Assembly (NCBI GenBank): GCA_003209165.1
Contig: QCSL01000002.1
Coordinates: 8,630-72,629, forward strand
Direction of reading: 5' to 3'
Length of the DNA stretch: 64,000 nt
DNA from: Synechococcus sp. AG-670-B23
GTDB lineage: Bacteria; Cyanobacteriota; Cyanobacteriia; PCC-6307; Cyanobiaceae
Shown here: in pieces, positions 32,023 through 42,050 of the stretch
Position numbering within the stretch: the first letter of the stretch is position 1
How the letters are laid out: every line of letters starts with the position of its first letter
Notes under the pieces: generated by a model
The model's database searches: none
Told to the model about the DNA's origin: nothing
What the model saw: only the letters and a program-made list of their open reading frames with translations
Position numbers and translations under genes: made by a program

Positions 32023-33228
32023 ATGGCGAAGCGTTCCCTGGCCAGCCTCAACGCCGGCGACCTGAGCGGCAAACGCGTTCTCGTGCGGGTTGACTTCAAC
32101 GTGCCCCTGAACGACGCCGGTGCGATCACCGACGACACCCGCATCCGTGCTGCCCTGCCCACGATCAACGACCTGATCGGCAAGGGCGCCAAGGTGATTC
32201 TTTCCGCTCACTTCGGCCGCCCCAAGGGCCAGGTGAATGACGCGATGCGCCTCACCCCCGTGGCAGCTCGCCTGAGTGAACTGCTGGGCAAGCCAGTGGC
32301 CAAGACAGACAGCTGCATCGGCCCCGACGCCGAAGCCAAGGTGGGTGCCATGGCCAACGGCGATGTGGTGCTGCTGGAGAACGTGCGCTTCTTCGCTGAA
32401 GAAGAAAAGAACGAAGCCGATTTCGCTGAGAAGCTCGCTGGTCTGGCTGAGGTGTATGTGAACGACGCCTTCGGCGCCGCCCACCGCGCTCACGCCTCCA
32501 CTGAAGGCGTAACCAAGTTCCTCAAGCCCTCCGTCGCCGGCTTCCTGATGGAGAAGGAGCTTCAGTACCTGCAGGGTGCTGTGGATGAGCCCAAGCGGCC
32601 CCTGGCTGCCATTGTCGGCGGCTCCAAGGTGAGCTCCAAGATCGGTGTGCTCGACACTCTGATCGACAAGTGCGACAAGGTGCTGATCGGCGGCGGCATG
32701 ATCTTCACCTTCTACAAGGCACGTGGCCTCTCGGTTGGCAAGAGCCTGGTGGAAGAGGACAAGCTGGAACTGGCCAAGGAGCTGGAGGCCAAGGCCAAGT
32801 CCAAGGGCGTGCAGCTGCTGCTGCCCACCGACGTGGTACTAGCTGACAACTTCGCCCCCGATGCCAACAGCCAGACCGCTGACATCAACTCAATCCCTGA
32901 GGGCTGGATGGGCCTGGACATCGGCCCCGACTCGATCAAGGTGTTCCAGGACGCCCTGGCCGACTGTCAGACCGTGATCTGGAACGGCCCCATGGGCGTG
33001 TTCGAGTTCGACAAGTTCGCTGCTGGCACCAACGCCATCGCCACCACCCTGGCCGACCTGAGCGGTAAGGGCTGCTGCACGATCATCGGCGGCGGTGACT
33101 CCGTGGCAGCCGTCGAGAAAGCTGGCTTGGCCGAGAAGATGTCTCACATCTCCACCGGCGGTGGCGCCAGCCTTGAACTGCTGGAAGGCAAGGTGCTTCC
33201 CGGCGTAGCAGCTCTAGACGCCGCCTGA
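32023..33228 (+). CDS. pgk: Phosphoglycerate kinase
   Basis: [27 protein letters not shown] and [11 protein letters not shown] motifs. Confidence 0.99.
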   Translation: MAKRSLASLNAGDLSGKRVLVRVDFNVPLNDAGAITDDTRIRAALPTINDLIGKGAKVILSAHFGRPKGQVNDAMRLTPVAARLSELLGKPVAKTDSCIGPDAEAKVGAMANGDVVLLENVRFFAEEEKNEADFAEKLAGLAEVYVNDAFGAAHRAHASTEGVTKFLKPSVAGFLMEKELQYLQGAVDEPKRPLAAIVGGSKVSSKIGVLDTLIDKCDKVLIGGGMIFTFYKARGLSVGKSLVEEDKLELAKELEAKAKSKGVQLLLPTDVVLADNFAPDANSQTADINSIPEGWMGLDIGPDSIKVFQDALADCQTVIWNGPMGVFEFDKFAAGTNAIATTLADLSGKGCCTIIGGGDSVAAVEKAGLAEKMSHISTGGGASLELLEGKVLPGVAALDAA

Positions 33229-33604
33229 TTAGCGGCTCAGGCCAAAGCTTCCTGCCTCTGGCATCGAGCTTGTTGCCGGTGCGCGCCGGAAGCCCCAATT
33301 GATTCCGAACCTTGTTCATGTAAGCCCGGTAGTCCTGCTTGAGGGACTTCCGGGCTTTTTTCATCTTCCGACGGCACGTCTTCAGCGCATCAGCGGATGC
33401 TGCGGCATCGATGCAGCGCTGCTGGCTCCGCAGCAGCTCTAGCCAACGCTTGTAGTTGCCCTAGGACCAGGTCTTGCGAGCCTCGAACAAGACTTGGCTG
33501 TTCTCCGGGGACAGATCACGACCAGCCACTGCCGCTGGGACCAGCGTCATGACCGGTACTGCCATCAGTGCAGCCAAAGCCAGGGAGGCGGTGGAGATGC
33601 GCAC
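33229..33604 (-). pseudogene. Exported helical protein gene interrupted by an in-frame TAG
   Basis: GTG 33604 begins a signal peptide; TAG at 33461-33463, then the same frame continues GNYKRWLELLRSQQRCIDAAASADALKTCRRKMKK...; 3' end uncertain. Confidence 0.65.
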
Positions 33605-33978
33605 GGATGAAGCCGTCGCAATACATCCATTCTGGTGACACACGTCAATCGGGATCTAAATGGCCCGCCATGAGTCATGACCAGATGTGACTTACGCCTG
33701 GGCTTCGTGGGGCTAGGAACCAAAAGATGCGGAGGATTCAAGTAGTAACCAACAAACTCTAAAAAGACTGCTGAGCACCTGAACACCATGATCAATGGGT
33801 AGGAACTCCTCAGAACAGATCAACAGAGAGAACTGGGCAAAAATGGAAATGGACAGACAGAGTCCAGTTGAAGTTGCTCTCGGCGAGAGTCAACACTCGG
33901 CCAGCCGAAACGACCTAAGCAGATTGCAAATCCTGCTTTACAACAGCCAAGGAGAGCCGAAACCCGTAAAGGGCTTGC

Positions 33979-34007
33979 TTGACACACCGGTTTAGCACCA
34001 GAATGAT
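33979..34007 (+). promoter_or_regulatory. Candidate sigma70-type promoter for pilA
   Basis: Perfect TTGACA at 33979-33984, with only a weak -10 (AATGAT) 17 nt downstream. Confidence 0.3.
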
Positions 34008-34029
34008 GGTGCAAGTCAAAAAAAAAAGC

Positions 34030-34428
34030 ATGTCTGCTCTTCAGACGTACCTCAGCAGCCCACGCACACGCCAGATTCTGAGCCGGAAACCAGGTGAGCA
34101 AGGATTCTCACTGATCGAATTGGTGATCGTTGTCGCAGTGCTTGCTGTTCTAGCGGCGATTGCTATTCCAGCCTTCCAAAACCTGGCGGAAGACGGAAGA
34201 AAGGCTGCGGCAAAAAGCTCATTAGCTCAGATTTACAAAGAGTGCGAAGTCAGCAAAATGCAAACAGGTACTGCTGCACATACGGCACTATCAGCGGCAG
34301 TTAGCGGAGTTAATTACACTGGAGGGGCTGTAACAACAGCGTGCACTGCCACTGCTACAGGCACAACAACAGGCGGAGCTGTCTTCGCTGTTAACCTTGC
34401 TACTGGAGAAAAGACCGGAACCTGGTAA
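34030..34428 (+). CDS. pilA: Type IV pilin, probable major pilin
   Basis: Prepilin motif G|FSLIE followed by a hydrophobic helix (LAAIAIP); short globular domain with 2 Cys; first gene of the pilus operon. Confidence 0.88.
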   Translation: MSALQTYLSSPRTRQILSRKPGEQGFSLIELVIVVAVLAVLAAIAIPAFQNLAEDGRKAAAKSSLAQIYKECEVSKMQTGTAAHTALSAAVSGVNYTGGAVTTACTATATGTTTGGAVFAVNLATGEKTGTW

Positions 34429-34443
34429 TCACCAATCCAAGCA

Positions 34444-35769
34444 ATGAAAGTTTACTCCTCATCCGCGAAAATTCGCGAACCGAGCAAAAGAGGAGTGCTT
34501 TTCCATGGCTCAACCATTAATGATGGATACTCAATACTTGAGCTAGTTGCTGTCATCACAGTCCTAGGAGTAATTTCAAGCATTGCATTTCCCAAGGTAG
34601 GAAATTTATTTGCGAGCTTCAAGATTGATGAAGCAAAAGCTCTACTCAATACTGCAGCAGCGGCTTGCTTGCAAAATTATCGAATCAATCCTAACAACGC
34701 AGATCAAATAGATCCGACAATCATTTCGAACCAAAGACTTAAAGACGCAGGATATACAATCAACAATTCCAAAAATGCATGTAGTGATCTTGAGCTAATT
34801 CCATTAGTCTCTAATGACCCTATACGGTTCCCAATTGGATTTTCAGTCATCAATGGTCAACTATTAAAAACAGCAACACCAACATCAGCCTCCAGCATCA
34901 ACTCCTGCGAAGCATGGGCAGGAGTTGACTGTGTGCAAGGGACAGGGCTCTCGGATCACATCAAACTGCTTAAGCAGATAGGGGAAGCTAAAACTGCATG
35001 CAATGACAGCTATCAGCAATGGCTGGAAAGCGGAACAACAACTTCTTCATCGAAAAAATGGGATTCGCGCGAAGATTCAGCATGCCCAACGAGGCCTCCG
35101 ATTACAGATGAAAGCAGATGCAATATCAAGGGCTGTAACCCAGGCCTAACAGTATGGGGCCTCGATGGCAAATTTGTTGGGTACGAAAAAGAAGACTATG
35201 ATCGAGCTCTTGAAGCGAAATATGGCAAAACCTGCACGGAATGGGTCGGCAACAAGAAGAAAGAGAGCCCCCCATATACCAATCAGCCTTCAAACTTACC
35301 CGCAACACTAAAAGAATGCGGAACACAAAAATTTTGGTTTTACAAAGGCATCGATGTTGGCACTAAAGAAGAATTTGACAAACGAATCTGCAGCGACAAC
35401 CTCGAAATACAAAAGGAAATACCCGGCAAGAGAACAGTACAAGGCTGCGGAAGCCAGACTTATTATTTCTGCAACAAACAAATAAAAGCAACCGAGAAAG
35501 ACCACAAAGAATGTTCATGCGATGTTGAAAAGTATGATAAAGCTCAAGAAGGAAAGAACGGAGAATTCACAACAACAGAACAAGGGGCCAATGGATGCGG
35601 AAAGTACTGGGTCTGCAAGGGAGAGATCCTTAACGGTGAAGAAGATTATAAAAGAAACTGCAAGAGATCGATCATATCATGTACGCCTAATCCTCAATAT
35701 TGTGCAAAACAGAGATTTATCAACCACGAATCTTGTGCTAGTTACAGAAGATGCTTGGGGGGAGGATAA
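34444..35769 (+). CDS. Large Cys-rich type IV pilin-like protein (putative minor or tip pilin)
   Basis: G|YSILE prepilin motif, hydrophobic helix ending IAFP, long C-terminal region; 22 Cys counted by hand. Confidence 0.82.
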   Translation: MKVYSSSAKIREPSKRGVLFHGSTINDGYSILELVAVITVLGVISSIAFPKVGNLFASFKIDEAKALLNTAAAACLQNYRINPNNADQIDPTIISNQRLKDAGYTINNSKNACSDLELIPLVSNDPIRFPIGFSVINGQLLKTATPTSASSINSCEAWAGVDCVQGTGLSDHIKLLKQIGEAKTACNDSYQQWLESGTTTSSSKKWDSREDSACPTRPPITDESRCNIKGCNPGLTVWGLDGKFVGYEKEDYDRALEAKYGKTCTEWVGNKKKESPPYTNQPSNLPATLKECGTQKFWFYKGIDVGTKEEFDKRICSDNLEIQKEIPGKRTVQGCGSQTYYFCNKQIKATEKDHKECSCDVEKYDKAQEGKNGEFTTTEQGANGCGKYWVCKGEILNGEEDYKRNCKRSIISCTPNPQYCAKQRFINHESCASYRRCLGGG

Positions 35770-37422
35770 GTGCAACCCAACACATTAGAAATAAGAAAAC
35801 TTATCGATGAAATATTTGCACTGCAATGGTGTAGGGAAAATATTGTCGTACCTTTAGGCAAAGAACGAAACCAGGCAACAGGCAGCGAAAAACTGACGGT
35901 TGCCATTGGCAATTTTAGCTATCTGGGAACAATTGGCGATGTCATCAAAACAAGAGTCGCCAATGCAGGCCTGGAGTGCCAATTCATTGAAAAGCCTGCC
36001 CATGAAATTCAGGCACTACTCGATAAAGCGACACAAGAACGCCTGATCAGCGGCGAAAGCGATGCATTAGATGGAATTGAATTCAGCGATGATGCGGTCC
36101 TTGATGCACTGAAAGGGGTTGAAGACGACAATGCAGCACAGGGATTTGATTTTGATTTTGACGACAGTGATGAACAGATTATTGAAGAACAAGCGTTGGA
36201 TCTATCAACGGAAATGCTTGGAAGCAAAATACAACAAGCTGCTGCAAAAATCCTCATTCACGCAGCACGATCAGGCGTCTCTGACATTCACGTTGAACCA
36301 AGACGTGAAGAATACAAAGTAAGGGTAAGAAGGGATGGTGTAATGCAAAGCTATGTAAGCATGCCCAGATCAGCAGGAATCAAATTTACGGCCTGCCTGA
36401 AAAATATGGCACAAATGGATATCGCCGAAAGAAGACAATCTCAAGACGGAAAGATACGCCGCAGATTTGAGGGCCAAACCATGGAATTCCGCTGCGCGAC
36501 AGCACCCGGAAAATTCGGCGAAAAAATGGTGATGAGATTCTTAAATAGCAATTCCGATATGTTGAGCCTGGATACCCTCATATCTAACGAAATAGTACGC
36601 CAGGATCTCAGGTCTATCATCAACGAGGCCAACGGGATTATTATTGTTTCTGGACCCACAGGCTCGGGAAAATCAACAACCTTGGCATCTGCACTACGTG
36701 AAAAAGATACTGGTGAACTAAATATCGTAACCGCTGAAGATCCAATTGAATATGATCTTGGTGGAAACATTCAACAATTCCCAGTTATCAGAGCCAAAGG
36801 GCAAACATTTTCAAATCTTCTGAGAACTTTTTTACGTCAAGATCCTGATGTGATTCTGATTGGTGAAACTCGCGACCCTGAAACAGCCGAGTCCTCCATG
36901 GATGCTGCAGAAACGGGCCACCTTGTCTTCACGACCCTGCACGCCAACAGCGCAGCAAGTTCATTAACGCGATTGATGGATATGGAAATTCCTTCTTACA
37001 AGTTGAATGCGTCACTGCGGGGAGTGCTCGCGCAACGCTTGCTGAGAAAAGTCTGTCCTGAATGCAGTGTTCAGCGACCAATTAATGAATCCGAAAGTCG
37101 CTTCACGGGGCTACCTGTTGGAACTTCTGTACTCTTTGCCAGTGCATTGACGTCAGACGACAAGCAAAAACGCAAAGAAGAAGGAACGCTGTGCACACGC
37201 TGTGGCGGAACGGGTTATCAGGGCCGCATTGGAACCTACGAGCTAATGAAGGTCAATCGAACCATTCGAGAAGCCATCAAACAAGAAAAGACCACACACG
37301 AGATTGAATCGATTGCCGAAGATAGTGGCATGCTCACCTTGAAAACCTATGCCGTCGACTTAATTGCGAAACAGCTCACAACAATTTCTGAATTGCAGAA
37401 AATCTGTAATACTGAAGATTAA
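35770..37422 (+). CDS. pilB: Type IV pilus assembly ATPase PilB (GspE/PulE family)
   Basis: SDIHVEP, DIAERR.QDG, GPTGSGKST, LRQDPDVILIGETRD, TGHLVFTTLHAN and CPEC/CTRC zinc motif. Confidence 0.93.
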   Translation: MQPNTLEIRKLIDEIFALQWCRENIVVPLGKERNQATGSEKLTVAIGNFSYLGTIGDVIKTRVANAGLECQFIEKPAHEIQALLDKATQERLISGESDALDGIEFSDDAVLDALKGVEDDNAAQGFDFDFDDSDEQIIEEQALDLSTEMLGSKIQQAAAKILIHAARSGVSDIHVEPRREEYKVRVRRDGVMQSYVSMPRSAGIKFTACLKNMAQMDIAERRQSQDGKIRRRFEGQTMEFRCATAPGKFGEKMVMRFLNSNSDMLSLDTLISNEIVRQDLRSIINEANGIIIVSGPTGSGKSTTLASALREKDTGELNIVTAEDPIEYDLGGNIQQFPVIRAKGQTFSNLLRTFLRQDPDVILIGETRDPETAESSMDAAETGHLVFTTLHANSAASSLTRLMDMEIPSYKLNASLRGVLAQRLLRKVCPECSVQRPINESESRFTGLPVGTSVLFASALTSDDKQKRKEEGTLCTRCGGTGYQGRIGTYELMKVNRTIREAIKQEKTTHEIESIAEDSGMLTLKTYAVDLIAKQLTTISELQKICNTED

Positions 37423-37428
37423 CCAACT

Positions 37429-38508
37429 ATGGATACCAAAAGAGAGCCAATGAGCCTCGCTCGCCAAATCGTTGATTTTGCCATCAAAACAGGATCCTCT
37501 GATATTCATCTGGAAGAGGGCTCACCAATTGCTTTTCGGGTCAACTCGGACATTCAGATTCTTGAAAATGTTCTCGGGCCCAATGACATGAGTCGCCTTC
37601 TGTCAGAGATTGTGAGTGAGGACAAGCTCCAGCAATATGACAAAACAGGAGACTTAGACACATCAATAGGACTGGAAGGTCTTTCAAGAATAAGAATCAA
37701 TGCATACAAGGCTAACGAAAAGCGTTGTTTAACCCTCAGAATCCTTCCCGATAGCTTACCCAAGTGGCAGGATCTAGGCTTACCACAACCATTCATCGAC
37801 CTAACCGAAAAACATCGAGGACTCGTCCTTTGTACTGGACCTACTGGCTCGGGTAAATCAACAACTCTCGCCGCCTTTATCAATTGCATTTTAGAGACTA
37901 AAAAGCGCCATATCCTAACCATTGAAGATCCAATTGAATTTGAATTCAAGCATTCGAAAAGCTCTATCATTCACCAACGGGAAGTGAAAAGAGACACGCA
38001 AACTTTCGCTTCTGCCCTGCGTGCAGCGCTTAGAGAAGACCCTGATGTTATTTACATCGGAGAAATGCGAGATCTTGAAACGATTCAGCTGGCCATCACT
38101 GCTGCTGAAACAGGTCATCTGGTTCTGGGGACTCTGCACACATCTTCAGCAGCAAAAACTGTGGAACGAATCGTGGATGTTTTCCCTGGTGACCAGCAAG
38201 AGCAGGCTCGGCTTCAGGTGTCTACCTCGTTACTCGGTGTGATGACCCAGACACTCTGCAAAAACAATAAGGGAAAGCGCTCCTTAGCCTATGAGCTGAT
38301 GATTAATACACCCGCAATTGCCAATCTCATCCGAGAGCGAAAGATCAGCCAAATTTATTCTCAATTACAAACAGGAAGCAAAGACGGCATGAACACCCTC
38401 GAGCAGTGCCTTAAGGCTCTCGTGGATAAAGGCGAAATAAGTCAAAAAGAAGCTCTCGGCAAAGCATCCAACCCAAAATCTTTACTGAGCAATGGTGAAC
38501 AACAATGA
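37429..38508 (+). CDS. pilT: Type IV pilus retraction ATPase PilT
   Basis: GPTGSGKST, TIEDPIE, ALREDPDVI, TGHLVLGTLHT and AIANLIRE motifs. Confidence 0.95.
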   Translation: MDTKREPMSLARQIVDFAIKTGSSDIHLEEGSPIAFRVNSDIQILENVLGPNDMSRLLSEIVSEDKLQQYDKTGDLDTSIGLEGLSRIRINAYKANEKRCLTLRILPDSLPKWQDLGLPQPFIDLTEKHRGLVLCTGPTGSGKSTTLAAFINCILETKKRHILTIEDPIEFEFKHSKSSIIHQREVKRDTQTFASALRAALREDPDVIYIGEMRDLETIQLAITAAETGHLVLGTLHTSSAAKTVERIVDVFPGDQQEQARLQVSTSLLGVMTQTLCKNNKGKRSLAYELMINTPAIANLIRERKISQIYSQLQTGSKDGMNTLEQCLKALVDKGEISQKEALGKASNPKSLLSNGEQQ

Positions 38509-39662
38509 TTCAATATGGCAACTCAAAAACGCTACGCAACTCAGGTAATAGCCAAACAGAGAATACAAGGCAAACACCAAGAATACAAACCAAAAATCAA
38601 CCACCGGCAGCCAAACTCAAGGTGCCGCAAAAGGATTTACTTGTTTTTTTTAGGCAACTGTCAGTAATCCTTGAAAGTGGCGTTGCCCTGGCACAAGGCA
38701 TGCTTCTGATTGCCGAGAACATGACCAATGCCAAGCTCGCTAATTGTGTCCAAACAATTGCATTCAGGCTCAATGCAGGAGAAGAGCTCTCATCAAGCTT
38801 GCGGCTGTATCCAAAAGTCTTTGAACCCATAGCCATTGGCTTGATTGAAGCAGGAGAAGCTGGTGGAATACTGGAGCAAGTTCTTGACCGCATCGCTCTG
38901 CTGCTAGAAGAGCGCGCCAAAATTAGAGGTCAAATTATTGGTGCATTAATTTATCCATCATTGGTCTTCCTTCTTGCTGTCAGTGTCAGCCTCGGCCTGC
39001 TGATATTTATCGTACCAAAGTTCAAAGATATGTTCGACAAAATGGGTGCAGAACTACCCGCACTCACATCCTTCATGCTAAATCTGTCGAAGTTAGTCAC
39101 ATCGCCAACATTCGCAATAGGAGCCCCGTTAACTATTGCAATCGGAATATATCTCTTTAGAAGCTACTATAGTACCAAGCAGGGCAGAATGCTTGTTGAC
39201 ACTTATCTTTTAAAAATACCTCTTTTCGGAGATCTACTCCTGCGATCTGAAATGGCAGGCATGTGTGACACACTTTCAACACTGGTCAACTCCGGAATCC
39301 CCATCGTTGATGGAATGAACCGCTGCATATCAGCCAGCTCAAATGAATTAATTCGTCAAACCCTGCGTCGAGCGATCTTACTAGTTACCCAAGGGCAGGA
39401 ACTCAATTATTCGATGGGCCGTAGCGATGTATTTCCAAAGCTCGTAATATCCATGATCAAAATTGGCGAAGAGACGGGTCAACTTAGTTTCATGCTCGAA
39501 AAACTTGCTGTCTTTTATAAGCGAGAAGTGGAGGCAACCGTTTCATCGCTAACCAAGGCAATGGAACCTGCAGTAATTTTTGTTGTAGCAGGAATTGTGG
39601 GAACAATTGTCATCTCACTTTATCTACCAATGTTCAGCCTAATCACAGAGATGGGAAAGTAA
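38505..39662 (+). CDS. pilC: Type IV pilus platform protein PilC (GspF family)
   Basis: FFRQLS..SGV, AGEAGG, ALIYP, IGEETGQL, MEP and YLPMF motifs. Confidence 0.94.
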   Translation: MIQYGNSKTLRNSGNSQTENTRQTPRIQTKNQPPAAKLKVPQKDLLVFFRQLSVILESGVALAQGMLLIAENMTNAKLANCVQTIAFRLNAGEELSSSLRLYPKVFEPIAIGLIEAGEAGGILEQVLDRIALLLEERAKIRGQIIGALIYPSLVFLLAVSVSLGLLIFIVPKFKDMFDKMGAELPALTSFMLNLSKLVTSPTFAIGAPLTIAIGIYLFRSYYSTKQGRMLVDTYLLKIPLFGDLLLRSEMAGMCDTLSTLVNSGIPIVDGMNRCISASSNELIRQTLRRAILLVTQGQELNYSMGRSDVFPKLVISMIKIGEETGQLSFMLEKLAVFYKREVEATVSSLTKAMEPAVIFVVAGIVGTIVISLYLPMFSLITEMGK

Positions 39663-39808
39663 TAATTTTTACAAATCTGAGGCTGTATTAACAGCACCAT
39701 TACAGGCTAGAAAAGGGTTGAAAAAATATTCTTTTTTTGCAGCCATGATGAGATCACTTACTGTCTCCGTCTACCTTAAAAACTGGTTAATCTGATTAAA
39801 ATATGAGT

Positions 39809-42046
39809 TTAGTCATTATTTGCAAAGCGGAGCTCACCTAGGTCTTGAAGTACATCTCCCGAGACAGAATCTTCCCTGGAAGACACTTCATCCATCAATT
39901 GATCCTGACACTTAACATCCTCCGCCGAAAGCTTCAGATCAGAGATCGGAAGCTCTTCTTCATCCTCAGAAATCACGTCTACATTCAGAGCTGACGAACC
40001 GAAACGCTCTGTAGTCGATGCATGATCGATATCAGATTGTTCTAAGTTAATTAACCCCTTCATTTGATTAAAATCAAGACTTTCTACATCTTCATCACGA
40101 TGCAGGCCAGTGTTATCAAGATTGCCAAGCATAACGACCTGATCAATAAGTTCAGGCTCATGACCAGAAGTAATTGAAGGCAACGAAGAAGCATCTCCTT
40201 CATCTTCAAATTCCTCCTCTGGGCCTTGATCAACTAGATCGGCAGAAGCAATTGATGGCCCCTCTATTTCAGGGAGAGAGACATCCATACTGGAACTGAT
40301 TTCATCGAGTCGAAAGATTTGATTTTTCGAAGTTCCTTCTAAAGAACCATTCACAGTACGAGAAGAGATCAGATCCCCATCGGCAGCAAGGGGGTCCTTC
40401 ATCAAAGGCCATTGCTCCTTTGATGAATCAGCATCATCCACAATTTCATGATCTGAAGGAGGCTCAGCCTCGAGCGAAGAACTTGGTGGCGCCTCATAAT
40501 CCGATAAGGAGCCATGATTGGTTTCCTCGAGAGCGATCTCTAAAGACACTTCCTCCAGGCTGGGAGCAGTTGTAAACGAGCCAGGAAACTCCTCAGCTTC
40601 CGTACTAAATGCCTGTGAATCAAGCGAATAATCTGGTTGAGCAGCAGCTGTAGATGACAAATTAGCTTCTAACGGAGCAACAGAGCTCAAAGAAACAGGA
40701 GCTTCAGAATCGGCGTCAAAACTGAGTATTTCATCATTATCCTTCTGATCCTCAGTCACGGGGCCAGCTGAACTTGCCTCCACTACGACAAGATCCAAAC
40801 CCGTCTGAGCCTCTGGAGAACTCAAAATATCAGCGATAGCTACAGTACTATTTGAACGATTAAAATCTTGGTTGGTCAACTTCTGGCATTTCAAAGAGCA
40901 GGCCAGAAGTTCATCATTGGGAAGAAGACCCAGTGCCAAACCAGTCAGACGGCCAAGGCCTGATTGCAGCAACAAGCCATCCATCGAAAGACCATCCAAT
41001 CCAGTGACAACACTGGTATGGGAAAGCACTACAGGTAAATCCAACAGCTCTCCCAATAAATCAGCGAGCAGGGGATGGGAACTGTTCACGCCAATCAGAG
41101 TCAAGCGCCGAATCTGAGCACCAGGGAGCTTGTTGAGATGAAAACGTTCGAAAGAGGCTCGCAAATCAGCCACAAGCACACGCAAGTCAAGTTCGGAAAG
41201 AGGTAGATAGTTTTCATCATTGAAGACAAGATCTTCAGCCGTCAAGCCAGAACCGAGAGCAACTTCTTGTTGTTCCAATTCCAAGTCGAACTCAGGCAGA
41301 TTACGTATCGCAGCCAAACGTTCTGATCCCAAGAGACCGGAGCAGGACACCAGCATCAGATTGCTGCAATCAGGAAGTAGTTCCAACACCAGATCCACTT
41401 GTTGAGGAGCCAATGTGATCAAATCAGCAGCATGGTTCCGCAACTGGCTATGGCTTCCAAGCTCCAGCAGCTGCAACTCCAGATCTGCAGCCTGGAGCAT
41501 CTCAACAATCGGATCTACTAGCACCTCAGGTATGGCTGTGAGCATGTACCAGCTCTGGCCACCAGCTTGTTGACTCTCTGTCGGCGTTGAAACAGGGAAG
41601 AGATCAAAATCCGTTTGGGTTAACGGAAATGGAATCTGTAGACCATTGGTTGGATTCAGCACGTACTCACGTGCTTCCTCCGTGGTCAGGGTTGCCGGCA
41701 GTTCAAGAAGACGCTGAAAGGCCAACTCCGGTGGCAAAACAACCGCCACACGATGGGCAGGAATCTTCTTCTCAGCACAAAAGTCCTGGATGAGACCAGC
41801 CATCTTCAATGGCTCCGCTGGCACGCCACGATCCAAGGCTTCTGGAGGCAGAGCGAACGCACTGACATGACTCAACTTCACCCCCGCATGCGTCAACTTC
41901 GCTTCCGCCAACAGCAGAGAATTAGATCCAAACTCCAACAACAGCACTCGCTTGGAGATCCTGCGACGGATCGATAGCAGCCCTTTGGTGAACTGACTGA
42001 TATCGAGGCCAAAAAAGGTGGATCCCACCATTGGTGTTGCTGTCAT
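39809..42046 (-). CDS. pilM: PilM-like pilus alignment protein with long acidic C-terminal extension
   Basis: N-terminal ~380 aa resemble the actin-like PilM fold (LLLEFGSNS, GVPAEP, QIPFP..DF, GLALG); remainder is D/E/S-rich low complexity; pilus operon context. Confidence 0.7.
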   Translation of the reverse strand: MTATPMVGSTFFGLDISQFTKGLLSIRRRISKRVLLLEFGSNSLLLAEAKLTHAGVKLSHVSAFALPPEALDRGVPAEPLKMAGLIQDFCAEKKIPAHRVAVVLPPELAFQRLLELPATLTTEEAREYVLNPTNGLQIPFPLTQTDFDLFPVSTPTESQQAGGQSWYMLTAIPEVLVDPIVEMLQAADLELQLLELGSHSQLRNHAADLITLAPQQVDLVLELLPDCSNLMLVSCSGLLGSERLAAIRNLPEFDLELEQQEVALGSGLTAEDLVFNDENYLPLSELDLRVLVADLRASFERFHLNKLPGAQIRRLTLIGVNSSHPLLADLLGELLDLPVVLSHTSVVTGLDGLSMDGLLLQSGLGRLTGLALGLLPNDELLACSLKCQKLTNQDFNRSNSTVAIADILSSPEAQTGLDLVVVEASSAGPVTEDQKDNDEILSFDADSEAPVSLSSVAPLEANLSSTAAAQPDYSLDSQAFSTEAEEFPGSFTTAPSLEEVSLEIALEETNHGSLSDYEAPPSSSLEAEPPSDHEIVDDADSSKEQWPLMKDPLAADGDLISSRTVNGSLEGTSKNQIFRLDEISSSMDVSLPEIEGPSIASADLVDQGPEEEFEDEGDASSLPSITSGHEPELIDQVVMLGNLDNTGLHRDEDVESLDFNQMKGLINLEQSDIDHASTTERFGSSALNVDVISEDEEELPISDLKLSAEDVKCQDQLMDEVSSREDSVSGDVLQDLGELRFANND

Positions 42047-42050
42047 GGGA

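Noticed and set aside
33795-33995. 66-aa ORF and repeated AGCCGAAAC with small hairpins upstream of pilA, considered as a c-di-GMP riboswitch or hammerhead ribozyme
   Set aside because: The GEMM and CUGANGA core motifs are missing, and the ORF has no recognisable features. A GGGTAG SigF-like box near 33797 is too short to support.
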